64,000 bases of DNA from positions 160,001-224,000 of the forward strand of contig JBGAON010000001.1 of the NCBI GenBank assembly GCA_044221725.1, in the 5' to 3' direction. The position numbers were made by a program, and so were the translations under genes. The stretch is from Elusimicrobiota bacterium. Lineage in GTDB: Bacteria; Elusimicrobiota; Elusimicrobia; F11. The notes below the pieces were generated by a model. The model had not been told where the DNA came from and ran no database searches. It saw only the letters and a list, made by a program, of their open reading frames with translations. Positions 61,201-64,000 of this stretch are shown piece by piece (the first letter of the stretch is position 1; the number at the start of each line of letters is the position of its first letter).

Positions 61201-64000
61201 GGTTTTCAGCGGCCACCTCCGACGGATATGCGACATGGTCCACCACGTTTTCGTTCCTTTCGGATTACAAATACCACATAGAGGTCCGAGCACGAGACAA
61301 CGCAGGGAATTATTCGACCGCCTACGCAACAGCGACCTTTATTTTTGATCAAGATGTTCCGCAATCAGGAATCGTAACGCCGGCAGACAGTTCCACGGTT
61401 CGAACGTTTTCCGGAATTGTAGGAACAATGGCCGAAACGGGAACTCGTTACAATGGAACTGTTTCTCCGGTAAAAATTGCGATTAAGAACCTACAAATTG
61501 GAAAGTGGTGGAACAGCGCCAGCTCGACGTTTTCAATTTCGAGTCCGGTGCCCACAACGGACGATGCAACGCTGTATGTTTCGTCTTGGGTTTACACCGA
61601 TATTAATTCTACGAACCTCAACTCCGGATCCTCCTATTACATAACGTCACGGGCTTTTGACAATGCGAGCCCCACGAACGACGAAAATTATTTCTCGGTA
61701 AGATCCGCAACATTCACGTTTGACAATACGGCTCCTTCCATTGTTGTGCAAACTCCGAACGACAATTCTTACTTCACCGATTCAAGCGCTTTAACGATTA
61801 GTGGTACAGCAGCGGATTCAACTTCTGGAGTCGCATTGGTTCAGGTGCGAATTAAATCCGGATCGAATTATTGGACAGGGACCGAGAACGTTGCGGGCGG
61901 AAACTTTACGGCGGTTCAGGCGACCGTCACAGCTTCGTATTCGAACCCAACCTGGCAATTTCGAATTGTTCAAGCGGACCTGAGCGCGTTCACACATGCG
62001 CAATCCTACACGATCGAAGCGCGGGCATCCGATGTCGCCGGATCGACATCTTCTTTCACAGCGGTTCGTACAATCACATACGATATTGGTGTTCCCACCG
62101 CCGTCGTGACGGCGCCTCTGAACTATATCAACGCAACGCAGACCACAATTACCGGAACAGCTCAGGACAGTCCCGCGGGAATCGCCCTTGTCGAAATTGC
62201 GATATCTTCGAGCGCATCGGGTGCGGCCGGTACGTGGTACGATGGATCGGGTTTTACGGCGAATTTCTTGGATTCCGGCACACTGCGCAGCACGTCTTCT
62301 TATACGGCCAACGGCGCCGGTGCTGGAATTGATGTTTGGGGATTTACGCGCCCCGCATTTCAACAAGGAAAAACATATCTCGTGCGTTTGCGAATTACGG
62401 ATCGCGCCGGAAACGTTCGCACGCAAACGATCGGTGAAAGCGCTGCGTTGGTTTATGATGCGGTTGACCCCACAGCAGCAATTTTGGATCCCGATGCGGC
62501 CTACGAACGTTCGCTTGGGAGGATCACCGGGACAGCGGTGGATGCCGACACCGCTATTGCTCTGATCGACATCGCTATTTCAACGGGTTCATCGGCGCCG
62601 TATACCGACCAGTATTGGAATGGAAGTGCCTGGCAGCCTGGGATCTACTGGTTAAGCGCGTCGCCCACCGATGGTTCGTTTAACACCTCGAGCGAAGGTT
62701 GGTACTTTACTGGATCGACTCCCACATGGATCAATAATCGTATTTACAAAATCCAAGTAAAACCAAAAGATTCTTCGCTGAACAACAACACGATTGTTAA
62801 TTCGACGTTCACGTTTGATAACACGCCAGCGTTGGCGGCCGTTGTTGTTCCGGCGAGTTTGGCGGCATCGCAAAGTTTGACCTTGGTTTCGGGCACAATG
62901 TCGGATGCTCCAAACCCAAGCCCGACAATTGTTCAGATTGCGCTTCGTCATCCGGCCGACACATTTTGGGATGGCGCCGCATTTAATGCCTACAACGCGA
63001 ACACGTCCTGGTTAAACGCCACCTCGATTTTTGGCTCATCGTGGACGTTCACCAATTTGCCGACCTCGTGGAACGATCGCACACTTTATAAATTGTTTGT
63101 GCGCGCCATTGATGCGGCAGGCAACCCTGTGGCCGATCCTGATTTTGCGAACACGGGTCTTGAATTTTTAATCGACTACTCGTCTCCCACGTCCAGTGTT
63201 ACCTCTTTGTCCGTGGCCGTAACCAATTATGTCCGCGGTCCGTTTAATACCGTGACAGGTTCAGCGGACGACGACGCGGGTGGTTCGGGTATCGGTACCG
63301 TGAAGATTCGTGTCATTCGATCGGATGGGAATTATTTGAATGCTTCACAAAACGGGTTTGACACGAACGGGACATCGATCGATTTTCCTCTGACGACCAC
63401 GAACGGTACAAGTTGGTCGAAAACATTCATGAGCCCGGCGGCCACGTTCCAGGATGGTTATCGATACCAAATTCAATCGCGTGCGACCGATAACTCAAAT
63501 CCCGCCCTCGTTCAACAAATCTATACGACGGCGACTGTTATCGTAGATATGTCCACTCCGACGGCCGCGATCTCGAATCTTTCGACAGGATTTTTTAACA
63601 GCTCCTTTACCGTGCTGCTCGGAACGATGACGGACGTTTTAACGGGTGGAAATATTCCGTCCGGCGTGCGCTACGTAAACGTGAAAATTTTCGACGGCAC
63701 GGATGGTTCCACATGGTGGGATGGCGGAGGATGGAATAGCCAGACGTCGTTATCGGCGACTGTTTATCCAAGTTCGTGGTCCTTGAGTGGTCTTCCAACG
63801 GATTGGAGTCACGCCACAAATCTCGATGAGCGCTGGTTCCAGTTTTATGTTCAAGCGGTTGACTACGCGGGAAACACGCAATCTTTCGCGGTTCTCACAG
63901 CAACATACGACGTGCGACCTGGAACGGCGGCGATCGTCGTTCCAAACTCTGGGGTTGTTTCGTCTCTGCCCTCCATCAGCGGGACGGCGACAGACACAAC
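49236..64000 (+). CDS. Giant secreted multi-Ig-like-domain surface protein, >4,900 aa, 3' end outside window
   Basis: GTG overlaps the HEAT-gene stop (GTGA), SD GGGAG at 49224; signal peptide MKRNHFSPKKLGAFAIFLSLFAGISKSLFA. No stop was met in the segments translated by hand; the last codons read SSLPSISGTATDT. The ORF track lists no + ORF in this frame, consistent with an unterminated ORF. Confidence 0.93.
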   Translation, partial: MKRNHFSPKKLGAFAIFLSLFAGISKSLFAITEGHVVYGGADQRTVVSSFTSTGWGTAQFSLPAKDDGAGGTVDWDKGPVTYAIIKSAPSWSSNAGQKVLVTLDTQCRIIAQVYDPNNQTWGEPEWINSDLIETDKATFNYGTYRFFDVAYSSETPVIFYANRTNALATNNLGYKTWTGSDWDNTINAPGNGDPGQVVWVKAVTNPVVSKSTEVAVVTMDNAYDVQAIIYNGFGFVQTSTRMFTADTINSANYTSWDIAYEQNSGQLRVWYAVNGNTILQGASYDAPNWNTNSGDGSDALAAIREVKAYPRPNSNDIAVLLKTNGNNLSGALWNDNTFNASWTNSLNGGTTLSTLQFPNGGFDGAWTTGLSSFTAVYLRTASVNAFRARTISSATWTAEMATALPNLDATLTSYDTVVAVATAAAGCNTIQAMLTGRDSFSQATAGYRGTSRMIGISVDVAAQSYGSVTDFDRNITFDGYQPYAFLNNELYYHRYTARPNLRQLDTGGAWTPETNLTSSTSTIRFTQIASSPKRDEKIVATLDSNGILNAFVLRSGILFSSKTIATNLLNAGPNDFIWTPSFDVAYENTSGKAMIAYPNPGNVRFDYRLWDPTNATWGAAGTAPFTTQSGRPWWIKLRTNPKTNSNEILAVTLDSAADIYGYVWDAANATFNTYSAQNISANAEHATGTNVPRYETYDVAYEQGTGRGMVVWDEDANDTFRYCFWVSTAATPTWDCPGTPPTAGYSGRDTTQNGAALPRAFKLKADPNSNQLALAVAVSTANMYVNIWSGSAWGTAAGSGESQGLIAGIEDVNSYKGSFDLAWEGIGGSEVVLAVARAGTANLQFAYTSTGTWTVPAGLIGTFGDAEYVRAYGDPYSDRIAFIADNEKGRLQSVIWQGSALASGNSNPFGSSTPWGRQIDLQTQFGPWAFSWTRDYTAPTTVVQLPQPGTYYFSLPTITGTLSDPTPNNSGASAESVRLQRQSDFKYWNGLDWQASSVFVSTTLTSSTQWAFNVPLSSWTHGVAYKLNYYASDYEQNFEAWVSTINFVYDVNQPTVTLVTPTNMQFFKTPPVITGTANDSDADVKMVEISIQKNGASTKWFDGGDFIAGFNPSGNHTNWLVTSTSNAGSYTTFSYDMQAIYNLGKLTDATYYAQVVVKDNANDGAGNYQYGISTQSVSFVYDGTPPTSGVIQPQNGAKINNPASISGTAADPAPIAANRAVFVAILKNNGSSTWWNQNQAIPGWSSSVPPIWNLVTSTVGILSASATSWIYSPGTLGSQMSSGLDYVILSSAVDQAGNAQSSLTVGVSSITIRVDKSGPISTITLPADSGAAGQGRYTPGNIGYDNSGSGGANTRFVGAVSDTGGAGVKTNYIRLSYLNGSTTQYWNGTDFSELYSTNGWQNTSNTLWRYDTDVPAAAFVAVLNGSGHRQFTLESRAEDNTTNWDGTGSGNFQTTYATTTFIIDNSPPVLGISTPTVTQMTTLSLISGTADATLADLNYVEIKISTNGTGQLYYWTGSSWTTTVTWLSTTKDSSAAWHYTVPSTLIGDSSYTVAARALDYAGQYSTVYSTRIFTIDTSSPTVTITAPADGATYSQVQTSTPMAGTVIDPGAFATGASTASISLVDLDGGGNNYFNGSSFTTGGPYYVPVTGAGLNPWSFNLSTLTFINDHHYTVNASGRDAIGNTTVSPTSTFFYDTEIPTSTIRAPSPGYVSSLTQITGTAIDERFGVRNYEAKLGTYTVGVAVYDVQANKWFDNTNDFNSANPTYFQVSNDTTTSPNVWSYTVPGTIISKLVDGKSYRIVSRAVDLAGNAEFASSTAPVGVGITIIYDPNPPTTTITNPYDSTPSADTTPRISTVTAWGSLPSTIIGEAADGSGAGNGVNLVQLRIWKSDPSMYWQNGSDYSASAYSIDPTAASTAWFNAQTTNSWVNWYSTFTYLSDYKYHIEVRARDLSGQFSTAYATSSFIMDQNVPQSGILVPADQSYMKSLAEITGTMAETGSRYQGTVSPVKIAIRQLGPPSAGTNKWWDNGNKTFTLNNPPTTDNATLYVSSWSFNGITSGDLTSGTSYYITSKAMDDSSPVNDEGFGNVRSSTFTWDIVVPTATIFVPNAGGFPPSSVLGASPVFYGGYWDTHTGIATNPLCANRNDTTSGTSRIEYLLSNRSENPVIYWRPDYDVGQNLLLTGSWVSTEPTDWPDACVFGSSWTITSPDLSGYAGENFGLVVRAQDRAGNVQTVFTVGVASNSFTVDTQVPDVRVTAPVETYRNTLAAISATASDNLATVTSVDVRISSKSAGVCPGDASCRFWDGSYWVSSSSWMAVSFVSGNDWAYTVPGGIGFIDGLSYTVEVRGTDSSGNQGNIAGASDKSKTFKWDVTPPSTSLDKINGGAAGTLVNDQAYNSMTSFGGSASDTSPGLVQSVDMYIKEGGGSGSGSGVYWNGVSFSPVASAVWPFHFVTTNFSTATSAIPWVNGQTYWLRAKALDYADNEEGGIGVGGTIVKVHYDTEKPVSKITNVTNNSYVRSLSTLSGTASDIGTGANPGSTSNVYLHLYRNAPSNLTWNWDTAAWDSDDDESNIADPASSVYWSTTSYTAGAGVGIASGTWTRALPSFTGLSGNTFRLLVRAKDWAGNVEINPSTATFTLDQYQVGPPERPKAIVSYPTSGMHTPTKLTTISGTGQDNTGGQLASVGVLLRRFNSNGTTDYWGGFAWGAEPGVWPTAVAVDGSFNSSSEEFTFAMPGPAEWTDDIQYEIRARAIDAAGNQSQIELSTTVFTYDPTAPDTAITFPVNSGYISQTGNISGTASDTGAGQANLVQVRVRRYSDNKFLDISGGLPGSWVVDSSSNTWNDTVPSGSGPWTWTLSTAAWVTGETYEANARARDRALNYDLSFSTVTFAADFLAPTSVVTGPSNGSSISSLTSLTGTAIDNGPSGVSRVYVAVYGVSQNAWWNKTTTGTFNLADAGGLPVDAPSALSNYWVLATTSAGGPINWLATGSSTPTFPITGDYQVLSVAVDIASNIESLPTSAAPNSNRISFSWVPPVPQSVIQKPDGSNPHYKSSLVTISGTANSPTATGEEIRIKDITNAGSHLVWNGLIWVSSSSTSGWVAASFGSAPTWSYSVPSSSWTTIHRYQIEARATGVPTESPVQGPISFYVDDGNPTATIVMPDVAYKNSLPIISGSASDDGDSLPSANKTVYFRIKRTLPSTQYWVSVSSSFVNDTSINCISAVDNSCLPATNLGGGIYSVTHSSFVSGAIFDPGASYTVYEVVKDRAGNGYSTSFDFTWDVLAATAGITRPTASQPINSLTTISGTAADDFSVYATSISLQSLKNNQCYDPNTNFFTQACPYWIATSSDVSANWQYVDSNINVRLGESNTFYVLLARANDVAGNPQVNFVAGVSSRTFLADTVAPQVAVTFPVHNSIYKGSLISGGGFPFVGTATDPGSPFNAGIRKVQNRLSYLLNGDTWYWQPGQTAFSSGTAVASSGWFNTSNNAWAYFGAVTWGGTDRQYILEARAEDASYFPDGTATGNTSVPATLGTDIINFIVDDTPPSEAITVPSPTNVPGLTLISGTANATLSGLSRVEVKISTGVGTLYYWTSSSWTTVETWLNSAADSQTAWHYTVSGSMVNDATYTVVARALDNAGNYATTYSTKSFTVDLTTPTASITFPTSNSTFARYSQIVVSTPVAGTASDSGSYSTQLSTVQISIHDNTSNNDFNGATFAGGGPYFLGANGGSLAAWTFNSGLLSLTNDHQYQVTARTSDNAGNYSDSTTVTFEYDIEIPTSAITSPATGIRSNVSTVNGTASDERFGARSYEAKMGTYTVGVAILSVSDGKWWDESQVDFQATNPIYYEAVNSTTVAPNTWSYAVPAPLIGMLIDGNVYRFVSRSVDLAGNVEFGASTAPAGIGVNVTYDATPPSVSIGSPVDATPADDTQPRLSSLGTISGATNDGTGTGANLVQVRIYKSDPARYWSFGSDYSASAFTINTSAADTAWFSAATSDGYATWSTTFSFLSDYKYHIEVRARDNAGNYSTAYATATFIFDQDVPQSGIVTPADSSTVRTFSGIVGTMAETGTRYNGTVSPVKIAIKNLQIGKWWNSASSTFSISSPVPTTDDATLYVSSWVYTDINSTNLNSGSSYYITSRAFDNASPTNDENYFSVRSATFTFDNTAPSIVVQTPNDNSYFTDSSALTISGTAADSTSGVALVQVRIKSGSNYWTGTENVAGGNFTAVQATVTASYSNPTWQFRIVQADLSAFTHAQSYTIEARASDVAGSTSSFTAVRTITYDIGVPTAVVTAPLNYINATQTTITGTAQDSPAGIALVEIAISSSASGAAGTWYDGSGFTANFLDSGTLRSTSSYTANGAGAGIDVWGFTRPAFQQGKTYLVRLRITDRAGNVRTQTIGESAALVYDAVDPTAAILDPDAAYERSLGRITGTAVDADTAIALIDIAISTGSSAPYTDQYWNGSAWQPGIYWLSASPTDGSFNTSSEGWYFTGSTPTWINNRIYKIQVKPKDSSLNNNTIVNSTFTFDNTPALAAVVVPASLAASQSLTLVSGTMSDAPNPSPTIVQIALRHPADTFWDGAAFNAYNANTSWLNATSIFGSSWTFTNLPTSWNDRTLYKLFVRAIDAAGNPVADPDFANTGLEFLIDYSSPTSSVTSLSVAVTNYVRGPFNTVTGSADDDAGGSGIGTVKIRVIRSDGNYLNASQNGFDTNGTSIDFPLTTTNGTSWSKTFMSPAATFQDGYRYQIQSRATDNSNPALVQQIYTTATVIVDMSTPTAAISNLSTGFFNSSFTVLLGTMTDVLTGGNIPSGVRYVNVKIFDGTDGSTWWDGGGWNSQTSLSATVYPSSWSLSGLPTDWSHATNLDERWFQFYVQAVDYAGNTQSFAVLTATYDVRPGTAAIVVPNSGVVSSLPSISGTATDT
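53178..55523 (+). repeat. Six-module block, copy A, of the internal duplication in the giant gene
   Basis: Shares module order and unique peptides (DERFG.R.YEAK.GTYTVGVA, SDYKYHIEVRARD, GTVSPVKIAI) with 59439-61721. Confidence 0.9.
59439..61721 (+). repeat. Six-module block, copy B, of the internal duplication in the giant gene
   Basis: Collinear peptide match to 53178-55523 with heavy synonymous divergence. Confidence 0.9.

Noticed and set aside
53178..61721. Duplication as an assembly artefact
   Set aside because: The copies differ at many synonymous sites and by indels, so they are not mis-joined identical reads.
49187..63819. Many short ORFs on both strands, making the region look non-coding or degraded
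   Set aside because: All are alternative-frame shadows of the single unterminated giant ORF; none of the + strand ones is in its frame.

Overview
Bacterial chromosomal window (~52-55% GC by eye; the protein style suggests Elusimicrobiota or a related lineage, which is an inference). It is mostly housekeeping: zwf (partial), gltBD, ispG, csp, nadE, a cytochrome c maturation/heme block (resB-ccsA-hemA-hemC-cobA/hemD-suhB), ndk, rsmI, argC, argJ, tsaC-ywlE-glyA-wecA-wecB, rnhA, yajQ and folD. Several signalling genes are interspersed: GAF-GAF-ANTAR, three HD-GYP proteins, and a FIST / V4R-PAS kinase / REC-HD-GYP operon. Most notable: (1) a giant secreted-protein gene absent from the ORF track, starting at 49236 and open to the window end (>4,900 aa), with two propeller-like domains, about 32 Ig-like modules and an old 6-module duplication, preceded by a HEAT-repeat gene and a possible leader ORF; (2) a minor-pilin operon with a candidate sigma54 promoter, an 854-aa pilin ending in (TN)16, and an adjacent GT-C glycosyltransferase; (3) a candidate ~80-nt sRNA behind four 11-bp-phased CTTAA boxes, whose terminator loop is complementary to the csp 5' leader; (4) a protein-only RNase P (HARP); (5) two copies of a REP-like element and a 66-nt palindrome in frame inside hemD. 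No rRNA, tRNA, CRISPR array or transposase was seen.
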